The notes below the pieces were generated by a model. The model was not told the origin of the DNA. It worked only from the letters and a program-made list of their open reading frames with translations, and ran no database searches. Below, piece by piece: positions 12,556 through 24,184 of a stretch of 64,000 nucleotides of DNA. How positions within the stretch are numbered: position 1 is the stretch's first letter; the number at the start of each line of letters is the position of its first letter. This stretch comes from Lepidodermella squamata (taxonomy: Eukaryota; Animalia; Gastrotricha). The stretch lies in contig JBLDXI010000003.1 in the NCBI GenBank assembly GCA_047495785.1, forward strand, positions 310,001 to 374,000. Direction: 5' to 3'. Position numbers and translations under genes: made by a program.

Positions 12556-15500
12556 CTATATTTCCATGCCAATGTAAAGATTGATGCCTAGCAAAGCCTC
12601 GAAAGCCACCATAAAGGCAAGAGTATCAAATAGCCGAACGAAATAAATCTTGCGGCCAGCGAAAGTCACTACTGTTGAAAGGACCTGCTCGTACTCACGC
12701 TTCCCAGCAATATTTGTGAGAATGATCTCATAGACCGTGATTGCAGCTACGACTGAAGATAACATGAGAACGTAATTAGTATACAGCAGCTGTTTTGTAG
12801 TATGCGAAACGCTGTGCAGAACATCAGACTGAGCTACAACCAGAGCCAGCATAACAGTTGAACAGAGAACAGGCCGATCTGGTACACCTGGTTCCATCAA
12901 AAAAGAACCGAATGCTACTATGATGAGGAGATAGCAAGGGATCATCAAATTCACGATGAAGTAGGCAGGATCACGTTTGTAAGTCAGGGCAATTTTACCA
13001 AATGAAACAGGAGCTCCGGTTCGAGAGGGCGATGCGCAAGTCCCTCGGCCCGAGCGAGCATTCGTCAAGGTCCAGACGCCATTTGAGAGCGTGTCGTAAG
13101 ACTTGACGTAGACGCCGCCGATCGCAACGTAGGTAGCCGGCTCGTCCATTAGGAAAGTGAACTCACAAGTCTGAGAATCGAAAGGGAATTTCGTGAGATC
13201 CAGTTTGCAAGCCGATGAGAAAGTTCCAACTCGGTCCCAATAGAAAAACAACGTTCTGTTGGGCCGTGTTCCGTAGTACATGATTTGAGCCTTTTCCCCG
13301 AAGTGGTCATTACTCAAGTAAACATCAGTCGTTGAGTTTGGAAGGGCGATTTTCGGCTTCCAAAAATCTATGTTAGCCACAGGAATAACCCGCTCTATCA
13401 CCTCAGCATGAGGGGCTGTGTATTCAGCTGTACACGAGAGAACAGGCCATTGAACGAGCAAGGAGCCCCAAAGAGATATTTCACTCTGGGCTTCATCGAT
13501 TGCCACTAGCCTTTCTACCGAAAAGGTTAGATAAATCGTGGAATTGACTTCAGGGGATCGGCGTCTAGCGTCGAGGTGCGGGCAAGGTTGAAGGTCCTCA
13601 TAGCGGACTAACGGGTCGTAGTTCCCATCAATTGGATTTGGTATAGGAGCTGTGTCATCATCCCCATTCAGTGTGAGATCAGATGAGTAAGTTACACTTG
13701 TGGATGGCTGCTTGGTCTCTGGAATCGATCTGAGCATGTCGCTGTACGTAGTCATTACCTGACTAGCAGCTCGCGATGTCGGGCTGGAAGAGGCAGTAGT
13801 CTTAGGTACAAATGTTGTTGATGATGAGACCAAGTTCGCCGAGGATGCAATGGATGATGGCGGATTATTCGGTGTTGTTGTGAGAGTTGAGGAAGAAAAT
13901 AAGACGGTTGACAGCGTTGAACTGCTAGGGCCCGAAGTTTGTGAGGATGTAGAGGCTGCGTTCGTCGAACCACGGGTTGAGGATATTGATGAAGAGACTG
14001 GCGAAGTCGAACCCGCAGTTGTTGACAATGGAACAGGTGTTGGTGCTGGCCCTGCACTTAACTGCCACACCATTCTAAATATTCATAAATCAATACTAAG
14101 TGATGAGTTCAATATTGCAATGCGCATACACTCTGCGAATAGCTACTAAATCTGGGCTGCCCATTCCAGTTAACCAGTATGACATCTTATAGTAAGAAGC
14201 AGCACGAAACCCCGGAACCGGGAAGTTCTTGAAGCAGTCGTATGAAGCCGTCATTCCGTTGGCCGGCAGTTTCGCCAGGGAAATATTCACAGCATCATTT
14301 ACAGCCTGGACAACGATGCGAAAGCTCGCATTCCCGGATGAATCGAAAAATGCCGAGTCGCCACAGCCCGGGGTTGAAGGTATCGTTCCAGGTGGCGGCA
14401 GTGTGACGTTGTCAGTTTTGTTTGGGTAATAGCCGATGTAAAACTCACCTGTGCCCGGAAGAAGGTTTTGCCAAATGCCAAAGCCGTTAAGGCCATTTAC
14501 GCCATTGAAATCAGTAGAATTGCCGATTTTTGCTGAACATTGAATGGATATAATAAGATGTAATAAGACTCAAACTAACTTACCTCTTGACGGGGAAACA
14601 GCGTTAACATTAAAAACCAAGCTAAGCCAGCCTTGTGATCCAGTGGCGCTGTATGAGACGTCGTAATCAAATTCGATGCGCCAATCATTGAAAATGTTAT
14701 AGTAGTACTGAAATGGCTCCATCTGTTAGCTTTATATCTGTTAAAAGTATATTAAATTACGGATGCTCCATAGGATTTTGAAATTCCGGCTTTGTTAAGG
14801 AGCGTATAGCTTTTTGAAGCTGACACGGAAACTGGAAACGTGGTCCAGTTGTATTCTCCACTGAAGTCGCAGCTTGCATAGCCGTAGAAGCTGGTATTTC
14901 CAACATTTTCAGGGAGCGCAAGTGTATACAAATCCGTGGTGGCTTGACTATCCTCTGTGAGGCCCCACAAGTACCTTTGTAAAGCAGGAAGATTAAAGGT
15001 TTCTTAAAATAGCGTTCAGTGGTTGCTTACACTCGTTTAATCAGAGCGTCTCCATTTGCTCCGTTTACAGCGTAGAACATAGGTGCAAGGTAACCAAAGG
15101 ATAGCTGCAACCCGAGAGAGGCGAGGTTGTTCAGCCTTATGACAGTTGAGCAGCTAGCCGCACCAGAACTGGGAACGGCCGTCAACTTGAATCGGAAAAC
15201 AATTCAGTTTAAACAATCACATTACATTGATAATCACTAACTGTGACAACGTCAAATACACTCTGGTAGATCATACGAAATTTCGCGACGCCTGAGGAAG
15301 GCATGGCGCAGCCGGAGTCAAACGTAGACGATGAGGCGTTGAATGGCGGTGCTGTCGGGGCGCCAGTGTCCATAAAGGCCCGCCAGCTGATCACCGTTTT
15401 GCCACCTGGTTCCAACTTGAGGAAAGACACTAAGCCGTAGCCAAACTTGGTGAATACGTCGTAGTAGGCGTTTCCCAGGGATGAAACATCTGTCGAGCAA

Positions 15501-16143
15501 AATTGCCATTGTAATTCATATTAAAAATTGTGCTTACTTGGAATCATTCGACTAGCTGTAAGAGTAAATCCAAACCAGGAATCGGATGATCCATTGGCTT
15601 TGTAGCGCAGTTCAACGTCGTACTCAAGCCGCCAATTCACTAACAAGTGCCCGTAAGAGTCAACAGCCTGTTAAGAACAAGGTTATAATTGAGCCATCTG
15701 TTTTCCCTATCGCTTTCCCATTGGTAGCGAACAGAATTAAGCTACTCACACAACATCAAATGGCGTTCAAACTCTCTTTTCCAGAAAATGTAACAATTTT
15801 CTTGGCTTTACTTGATTTTCCTTGCTTTTAGTCACCGCCAGAAAGATGTATTGCCTATCCAACTCACCTGGCCCTCAAGAATTGCGTAAGACTCATTGGG
15901 CGATGCGTTAGCGGCCGACATGGAGTTGAGCTGGTAACCGTTCACAACTTTTTGGGCAGCGTAGTGCATAATGAATGTACCATTGCTGTTCACCAGTGGA
16001 TCTTCGCCGTCAAAAGAGCAGTGCGGGACGAATACAGTTGGTCCTCTGAATCCAATCGGTAAGGGCAGCGAGCTAGTATCAGGTGGCGGATCATAACCAG
16101 CGGAGACCGCTACAACCAAAAGATAAAGCCTTCCTCGCAGCAT
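12556..16143 (-). CDS. Cys-loop (pentameric) ligand-gated ion channel subunit with signal peptide, two tandem N-terminal unknown domains and a Ser/Thr stalk
   Basis: Terminal exon encodes FWKPKI, Cys-loop CKLDLTKFPFDSQTC, YKRDP pre-M1 and four TM helices. Upstream small exons splice in frame (e.g. phase-2 introns at ~14075-14129 and 14975-15030). Confidence 0.85.
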
Positions 16144-17022
16144 GCTTCGTGCAATCAATTCTCAGAGCAAGAGCGCACTTGAAACTGGTATAAATAGTTT
16201 GAAAGCTTGAAAGCTTTACATGTGTCGGAAATCAGGAGCCCATTAGACAATGTTTACTTCGCGTCGATGCAAAAATGTCGTTTTAGAGACGCCTCCACGT
16301 TCTGGAGCTGTTCGTATTTACTGCTAACTGCTATGACTGTGCGGAACATATGGCTACTCCGAATAGCTGGAAATGCTTTCGGATGAATAGCCAAGTGTCA
16401 AACACAGTCGAGAATGTTAAGGCGGCGGAGCGGCGGGATTACACCACGCAGCGATAGTTCGAAGCTCCTAATATGCCCACCCACATTTCTGAACCCTGAA
16501 TTGTTGCCAATAAGCAGAAAAAACAAAGCCATTATACGCTTTTAAAGATTTTATGCGGCGCGACTAAAAATTGGGGTATGAAACGCGGATGAAAATTCTT
16601 TCGATAAATGTAGGAAGTGGGCGCTTGAAAAAATTGGCAAGAAATGACTGTGAAAAGCAATCATTAAATCGAATTTATTGATCATTTTCAGCTATTGCAA
16701 AGGCTACCGTTAGCGAAACAGCATCAGCATCGAGGATCGTAAGGACAGTGTTCCAGAGAGTGAAGAGAGCAGAGACATTAGAATTGGTTAGGATCGTTGC
16801 CCTTCCGATCATCTCTGCACCTGTGACTATTCCCACTGATTTTACACAATCCATTGTATCTTCGGTTATTTGATCTGTGACAATTAGGACTGCAGTTTAA
16901 CACTCGAGCCATTGCTGAACGAGTTAGGCTGAAAATGCTCCATTTTCGATTTTCAATGAACTGAGCTGGGAAGAATCGAATTGGTAGGAATCTGCAAAAA
17001 CAGTCTTATTGCGGTAACATCA

Positions 17023-17268
17023 CACCAGAAAAATATCACCCTAATCTACCGAAAGCATGAATTTAGTTTCGGTATCTGAATTCATGCTTTAGTCAGTAGA
17101 TAAATAGCTGCATTTTTGTACATGAATTAGGGTGATTTTGGGCATGACTTCAGATAAATGTTAAAAATCCGTGAATTAGCGTACTCACAGGGCCCTAATT
17201 GAGGGGATTTCACAAGCTAAAAGTCCAATTTTTTATCACCCAAAAAGAAGGTGATATTTTTTCTGGTG
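17023..17268. mobile_element. CACTA/EnSpm-like MITE
   Basis: TIR CACCAGAAAAATATCACC...GGTGATATTTTTTCTGGTG with 2-bp CA flanks. Confidence 0.6.
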
Positions 17269-17473
17269 CAGGTAAAGCCTAAGATCTGAAATTATGAAAT
17301 TATTATGCAATTCAACCTATTATTATTCATCTGCTGATTCATTATTCATCAATTTTATCGATTAGCTTACTCACTCATCGTTGTCATCGCCAGCGCACAA
17401 CTCACGTATAAAAGGTAATGTAAAAAACTGCAATACTACAGCGTACTTTTTTCAATTGCGTATTTCTACCGCC

Positions 17474-18463
17474 ATGCTCGAAGTTGTGCTAAATTCAAAG
17501 CTCGATGAAAAGGCCCTAGAAAAGGTTAAAAATGGCAAATCGACTGACGCGAAACATCATTTGATGGACCACGTCGAGAGCCTACACGGCGAAACAGACC
17601 GAGCCAAGTGGAAGCTTTACGAAAACCTTATCTCAGCAAATGCTCACTTCTACCACGACAATCTGGCGTCTTACATCGAACAATGCTGGGCTACTCATGC
17701 CGGCGTTGTTTTCCGACCGGACATGTTCTTCTTTTGCGTTTACACTGAAATCGTACAGTTCGTCATAAAAAATGTCGATAAATGCCGTGACATATTTACG
17801 ACCAAGCCTGAGAAACAGAAAATCATCATAGTTCAAGACGTAACGAAGTGCATCAAATTTAATCAAGTGATCGAGGCGCTGAAGCAGCTTGTCCCTGCCA
17901 ATGTAGAAAAGCTGCTGCCCAGTTTTTCGACTGACTCCGCCATGTCACAAGAGGCAAGATATGCAGCTTTTTCAGAGGCAGCCTCACCCTATTACAATTA
18001 CTTCGTGACAAAATGCGGTCTCAAAAAAGTGCGACTCGAAGGCAATGATCAAGACTGGAGCAGTATCGAATCTGCCCTGACAGAATGGCAAAAACTCTTA
18101 CCTGATACTAGCATGAAAACCTACCTCGCTCGTTGTACTGAGCTTTGCCGAATCATCATCGGCCAGGTGAAATCGGGCAAACCCGATCCTGAGTTCTGGA
18201 CAGACTTGTTTAGCGATGTCAGTTGTGGTTCTGGTCATCAGCAGTACTGTGGCTGGTTGATTGAGCTGTGCAATCGGCAACAACGATGCTCATCTTACGA
18301 TTTGCGAGGTCAAATTACGAGTGTGGAATGGCACGTCATTGGACCTGGTGAAGAGTTGCAGGACCACTTTATCGCTCATCATGGGCTATTCTACTCAACG
18401 CTGGACAAGAGCAATTATCTGGTCCCCACATTCTCACGCGTAATTTTCATCGAGAAGAAGTAA
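17474..18463 (+). CDS. DUF4419-like protein, intronless
   Basis: Motifs WATHAGVVFRPD, LPSFST, PYYNY, CGLKKVRLEGNDQDW, EFW match the DUF4419 pattern; ATG in ACCGCCATG context. Confidence 0.75.
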   Translation: MLEVVLNSKLDEKALEKVKNGKSTDAKHHLMDHVESLHGETDRAKWKLYENLISANAHFYHDNLASYIEQCWATHAGVVFRPDMFFFCVYTEIVQFVIKNVDKCRDIFTTKPEKQKIIIVQDVTKCIKFNQVIEALKQLVPANVEKLLPSFSTDSAMSQEARYAAFSEAASPYYNYFVTKCGLKKVRLEGNDQDWSSIESALTEWQKLLPDTSMKTYLARCTELCRIIIGQVKSGKPDPEFWTDLFSDVSCGSGHQQYCGWLIELCNRQQRCSSYDLRGQITSVEWHVIGPGEELQDHFIAHHGLFYSTLDKSNYLVPTFSRVIFIEKK

Positions 18464-18723
18464 ACTTTCTTACGATCAAATTCAAGTGATCTCTGTATTG
18501 AAGTTGCGAAGAAGATTATTCTCCCACATCCTACCAATAAACACGATCATTGATCATTGATCTGGATTAAAGTGCATGATTGAGATTAAGAATCTTCCTT
18601 TCTCTGCTGAACGGATAATTTGTTGCTGATTCCTCACGAAATAATCAAGTGCTTTTTCAATAATCAACCTTTATTTTATCAATAACCGATTTGAGTCACT
18701 TTGACGCCTCTTTTAAACACAGA

Positions 18724-19919
18724 TTAGCAGATCATCGATATCAAACAGGTGATTGAATTTCGAAGAGAAGGAGCTTCTACAACGATTCGATTTTTCTCTA
18801 CGAAATAACCTCTGCTCTCTGTGTCAAGGCAAGCAAATAGCGTATGTATGGCTATTTCATGATGCAAACTGTGATGACTTGCCAGTTTCAGAAACTCTTT
18901 AGCGACTTGGAAATGTGCCTTGTTTACGTAGAATGCCGGCGAAAGTCCGCCATACATTCGATGAGGCCCATGCGCTGTTTTCATCAAGTTGGTGAGACAT
19001 TTCGCTAATATAGGATTCGCCATGGTCATATCATCTCCTGAGGTCTCAACTAACGCCTGAAATGACAAAAATTTCAGATTTGAATCGTATGCTCAAAAAT
19101 CATCCAGTGGCCTCTTTTGAGTCCAGTATGAAGAAAAGCACTCTATACCTGGTAGAAGGTGTTGACCGCAGCTGAATTTTCATTCAAAACGAACCAGCGA
19201 AAATCGACATCACACAAATTTCTCTTCGCAGCCGCTTCAGACTCGTTAAAACTGCATAGCTTTTTCGATTTGATGTTGAAAGGAGCCTTTAGTGGCATTC
19301 CATAGCTCTTGTCGGCCAGGTTCAGGGTACTCAGCTTTGCGACATCTAGGACCCAATTCTCTTCGAGATAGACAATCCCCTCTGGGTCAGAATTTGAGGC
19401 CGTTAAAGCCATGGTTAAACATGAATAAGCGTAGTCATTGCTGTTTTCGATGAAGAAATCCGCTAGGATGTTTGCTTGATTAACCGTGTAACCAGCATCG
19501 CTTATGGCGCTGACAAAATCAGCTCGCTTAGACTTCAAACCGCAAAAAATCACGCCATACTTGAAGTATTTTGAATATATCGAATAGATGAGAGGGGCAA
19601 GGGAAGAGCTCTCCGCAGTGTTGAGAACCATAATCAGCAAGGCTTTGATTTTGACATCTGGTGCTGTTACAGCTGATGAACAATTTTCTGCGGATCTGTT
19701 GCAAAACCGCGACTTCACAGCCTCAGAAATCTGTTCTTGGTAGATGTCTTGTTTTCTAGGTTGAGTCGTCGCAATTATGGTAGATTCATCCCTGGATTCG
19801 AATCTCACATTAGCTGGAGCCTCTCCATTAGTGTCACAATTCCAGCATGAAATAGCGCTTAAGCAAATTACAGAGAGTCCGAGAATCGCAAGAAAAATAA
19901 CTAAAATTTTCCGCCGCAT
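18724..19919 (-). CDS. STELLO/DUF288-like type II membrane glycosyltransferase-like protein A (2 exons, divergent acidic motif)
   Basis: N-terminal signal anchor; LLIMVLN...IYSKYF...IFCG; YSCL; HEIAIHT; terminal CxxC. The DD motif is replaced by LEEN. Confidence 0.7.
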
Positions 19920-20174
19920 CGTAAAAATTGTCCAGCGTGAATTGAATCACAAAAATCTTACGGCGTCCGGTAAAGAAAAGATTTATTGATCCGTGTTTGC
20001 ACATTTTACGCGCTGTTATGCATCAATCATTAATTGAAAAGATCCACGTGATTATCTACCACCACTATTTTAGTCAGCTCACAAGATCAATAATTAATTT
20101 GACAATTTAGGGACGATTTTCGATCTCCGTCTGAGATAACTGAGAACCGGGGTCATCCAAGAATGTTAACTGTA

Positions 20175-20933
20175 CTAGTTGCTATCTGTCGCGTCGCCAT
20201 CATCACCGCATTGTCCGCTCTTGATGTTTTTGCTGACAGAAAATACGAAGAAAATTACACTCATCAATTAAAATTTGGCATGCCGAACTTACACGTAGCA
20301 CTTGTACTTTGCGTCACAGTCGGCATTGGCTTCAGACGGGCAATCCTTGGTGACGCAGCCGAAGCAATAGTCGACAATTTTGTTCGTTGCCTTGCAAAAA
20401 CGGATCGCTTCATTCTCGGCCTGCTCGCAAACGTTAGCCTCGCATGAGTCAACTTTGGCAGTACTTTAGAAAATCAAGTCAACATTTAAGTAAATTGATA
20501 AATCAATTCAATGTGCAATTGGAAATTAAAAAGCTAAAAGTTGAAAGGCATTACTTATTCCTTGAAAAACTTACTAGATATGCCACAGCATAGCCTGGCA
20601 GCCTTCGTCTGATGTCGCGTAAGTCCTGAGATATAGAAATGCTTGAGAACGGGAAGCTTTTACTTTCAATGAGCTTACTGGGCTAGAGGCGACATGTTAG
20701 ACCAGAGGCACCGGTGACACGCGGTGGCAGCTGGTCGGCTCAAGGTGGGTGGGCATCGTCGGCTATCGAACATATTACATATTAATCAATAAGAAGAAAA
20801 CAATTGCTTACAATGTTGCGCCGACCAGGCCTGGGCATGGTTCTTGATAGTTCCACCAAGCGAAACGTTGCCCAACAACGATTTCAACGGCGAAAACAGC
20901 GAGAAGAGTCAACAGAACGATCAATTTCGCCAT
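20175..20933 (-). CDS. Secreted 14-Cys protein CRP1 (5 exons)
   Basis: Spliced: MAKLIVLLTLLAVFAVEIVVGQ...YQEPCPG...RCPP...CHRCLWS...EGCQAM...CEANVCEQAE...FC...YCFGCVTKDC...ADCDAKYKC...GQCG. Confidence 0.8.
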
Positions 20934-21026
20934 AATGATACTGTTTTGCAGCGAATGTTGATTTTTGAGGTAACAATTGCTTCTTTTGCTTTATGATTAT
21001 TGATTTCATTGAAGCTCTCCAAGCGG

Positions 21027-21061
21027 TTTATATACCACTTTTTAGTCCCAAGTTTCGAGGC
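21027..21061 (-). promoter_or_regulatory. CRP promoter module: 17-bp motif, 10 nt, TATA
   Basis: GCCTCGAAACTTGGGAC-N10-TATATAAA. Confidence 0.6.
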
Positions 21062-21568
21062 CGCGTATCATTTTTGAGCGTGGGCTGGGGGCTGATCTTT
21101 ACTCAGACCAAAGGGACCAGATTCTTCCAGAATAGGAAACCCGCAAAGGTGTGTCCCGTATCTACGATCTATATTTGCATTCACTTCTTTGAATAAACAG
21201 CCGACTATATTTGGCAGTGAGACGCCTAGGCTGTTTACTCGGAAGGTTGGCACTGATAATATCCTCCATACGATACATATGTGTTGACCTTGATTCAAAG
21301 GACAAGCAAAATGTCCTCAGAACTGGTTTGAAGACAACGCTACCAGACAGAATGGGAATGGCTACCACTAGCTCTGGTTTCCAGCTCTCTTCAATTAGCT
21401 CCACAGTTAAACGCCTTTATACGTTTCATCGTTAACCTTAGACAGAGACTTAACTCCATGAATTAATCCTATTTTATTGAGTATCGGATTCAGATAAACG
21501 TAATAACTGAACGGGCGAGTTTTTGAGGAGAGTCACCGGAGGATATGATGGACAAGTTCCAGTCTTCA

Positions 21569-22250
21569 TTAACGAGGGCCGCATTTGCCGCTGTCAATGT
21601 TTCCCCTGGGAGGAATAGAAGTTTTCAGTATAAGAAAATTAGGTATGCTTTTAGTGACTCACTTGACACAGTTGAACTTGGCATTGCAATCAGCTTTGCC
21701 AGATGTATCGCAGTTCTTTGTTACGCATGGGTAACATTCGGGCGTTTTGTTCTTCTTGCAGTGAGTGGTGGCTTCGTTCTCGGCCAGAGTGCAGACATTC
21801 GCACCGCAGTTCTTTACATCGCGGTTCCTATAATTCGGAATATGTAGAACACGCTCGAAAACGATCCGAACGGATATAACTTACTTGACGTGGAGCAACA
21901 TAGCATCGCATCCATCTTTGCTGTTCTGGAATGTTCTTAAAACGAAGGTAGAAGATAAGTAAATATATCCGAAAAATCGGTGAACCATGGCTTACAGGGC
22001 GACTGGTGGGATGTCAGTCCATAGGCATCGATGGCAGTTCAGGTTTTCCACCTCACTCAGTGTTGAGGGGCATCGGTTGCTGCAAAAAAGAAACGTCAAC
22101 ACAGGTTTCATAAAATGTTGATTCAACTCACAAAGATTCGGCGATAAGGCCAGGGCACGGCTCCTGGTAACCGAGGAAGTTTAAGGCTTGCTGGGCGGCA
22201 GCGAAGCAGAGAACTGATGAAAGAACGAGAGCCTTAGCACAAGAAGCCAT
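21569..22250 (-). CDS. Secreted 14-Cys protein CRP2 (5 exons)
   Basis: MASCAKALVLSSVLCFAAAQQALNFLGYQEPCPG...NRCPSTL...CHRCLWTDIPP...GKCGPR*; same intron positions as paralogs. Confidence 0.8.
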
Positions 22251-22311
22251 TTTTCAGTGTTTAAAATTTGAAAATGAACACGTCCAATTAATGGGAATAG
22301 AATTTGGAGCG

Positions 22312-22345
22312 TTATATAGCCTTCGGAAGTCTCCATTTTTGAGGC
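22312..22345 (-). promoter_or_regulatory. CRP promoter module
   Basis: GCCTCAAAAATGGAGAC-N10-TATATAA. Confidence 0.65.
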
Positions 22346-22987
22346 CAGCATATGGGAATATTCCAGAAGAATCGTGAAGGTGAAAAGCGTGGGTTTTATG
22401 CAGCAAGCCAACTATTAGAGTTTACACGATTACTATATTTTTTGTCCGGCACACAAACACAATACCACAGTTGAAAGCTTGTCTTATGAAAAAGCTTGGA
22501 AACAAATTAGGTATCCGAACGTAATTTTTTCATCTTAGCTAGCAAAGCCAAATTTTATTTTACCAGGCAGTGAGACAACCACGCAAAAATTAGACCAAGT
22601 TTCAGGGCTGGAATTAAAAATTAGTTTTATCGGTTGGTTTGGTGTGTTGATGTTGCGTTCTGTGCCCCTTCGCAATGTAGACTCGCTAGCAGGTGTTATG
22701 TGGCCAAGATTGACTCTTTAAGTTGTAAGGTTTAGCTTCGGAAATTATTACTTTTCAATTGTCAGAAATGATCATCAGCTGGAATTCTAGGCCGGTGACA
22801 ACAAATTTCTTTGGTTTAACCTCGAATGACAAAAATATCTTTCGATTGGGGATCGAATTCTAAATCGATGCTTTATCATTTATCAACATCAACTTGAAAA
22901 ATATGCTCTTTACTGCTGACTCATTGATTATTAGTAACATTTTCGGTATAGTTACAATCGCCTTGCTTCTTTAATTTTGGCCGGAGT

Positions 22988-23652
22988 TTACCCGCATCGA
23001 CGGCTGTTGATGTTTCTCCTGAAATAGATAAAAAGGCATGAATACAAAAGCAGAAAGCTGCCACTAAGTTTTACATGTAACAGTTGTAGCGATCGATGCA
23101 ATCAGCGTCGCCGTTCATCGGACAGCCGTCCGTTACGCATCCGAAACAATAGTCTACGATGGTTGTAACGGCGCGGCAAAAGCGAAGAGCCAGGCGTTCA
23201 GCCTGATCGCAAACACGGGCATTGCAGGTCTGAACATTCCGTTCACTAAATTATCAAATATTCCTGTAAACTGTATGTTGTTTCCTTTCAATTCTTACTT
23301 GATATGCTTGATCATCGCACGACATCCAGCCGGAGTTTTAAATGCCCTGTCGAGAATTTTTCGCGATTATTTTGTAAAAGTGGATACATTTGTTAACCTA
23401 CCTTGCTTCTGCTGGCACATCAGACCAGAGGCACCTGTGACATCGCAGGTTTTCAAGTTCTTTTGCGCCAGGTGGGCACTTCGCACTGCAAGGTTTTACA
23501 AATGATGGATTGAATTTTTACACATAATGAGTAAGTTTCATATACTTCGAAGCGTCAATCATTCCCGGGCAAGGCTCTACATAGCCATTCAGATTTGGCT
23601 GAGCAGCAACAGCGCAAAGAAACAGCGAAGCGAGGATTATTCGAGCAGACAT
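22988..23652 (-). CDS. Secreted 14-Cys protein CRP3 (5 exons)
   Basis: MSARIILASLFLCAVAAQPNLNGYVEPCPG...KCPPG...CHRCLWSD...GCRAM...CNARVCDQAE...YCFGCVTDGC...DCIDRYNC...RRCG*. Confidence 0.8.
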
Positions 23653-23702
23653 CTTTTCGATTTGTAAATTGCTTTCATGCTGAATTCCTGCGTTCTGTGG
23701 GC

Positions 23703-23737
23703 TTTTTATAGCTCGAATTTGTCTCCATTTCTGAGGC
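23703..23737 (-). promoter_or_regulatory. CRP promoter module
   Basis: GCCTCAGAAATGGAGAC-N10-TATAAAAA. Confidence 0.65.
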
Positions 23738-24184
23738 TGAGCTAAACAATAGCCAAATTCTGCATTGTTATACGCGTAGGTGGAAGTCTGTTTAACAACT
23801 CAATTTGTTGTGGTCGACAAAAGGTAACAATTACACCTCAATCTGAGAAATTTCCTTTTTCAAATCATGGCGAGCGCTTTTGCTCTGCAGACATTAATAA
23901 TGGGGATTTTAGATCGAAATATTGAAAATCATTGAACTATTATATAGTATTAAACTTTTTGTTGTGAATTGTTGAATTGTAGAATTGTTCACTAGATCTA
24001 AATAAATTAGTAAAGCATCATTTTAAAATCTATTCTCTTAAACAGGGCACTTTTCACATGAATGAGTAGCACCTGTTGCTTCCGGACGCGTGCTAGCGTT
24101 TCTACTAAGAGTTGTTTTGTGAAGAGAATAACATGATTTTAATAACACAGAATCGCATAACATCTATACCGTTCATCAGTTTTC

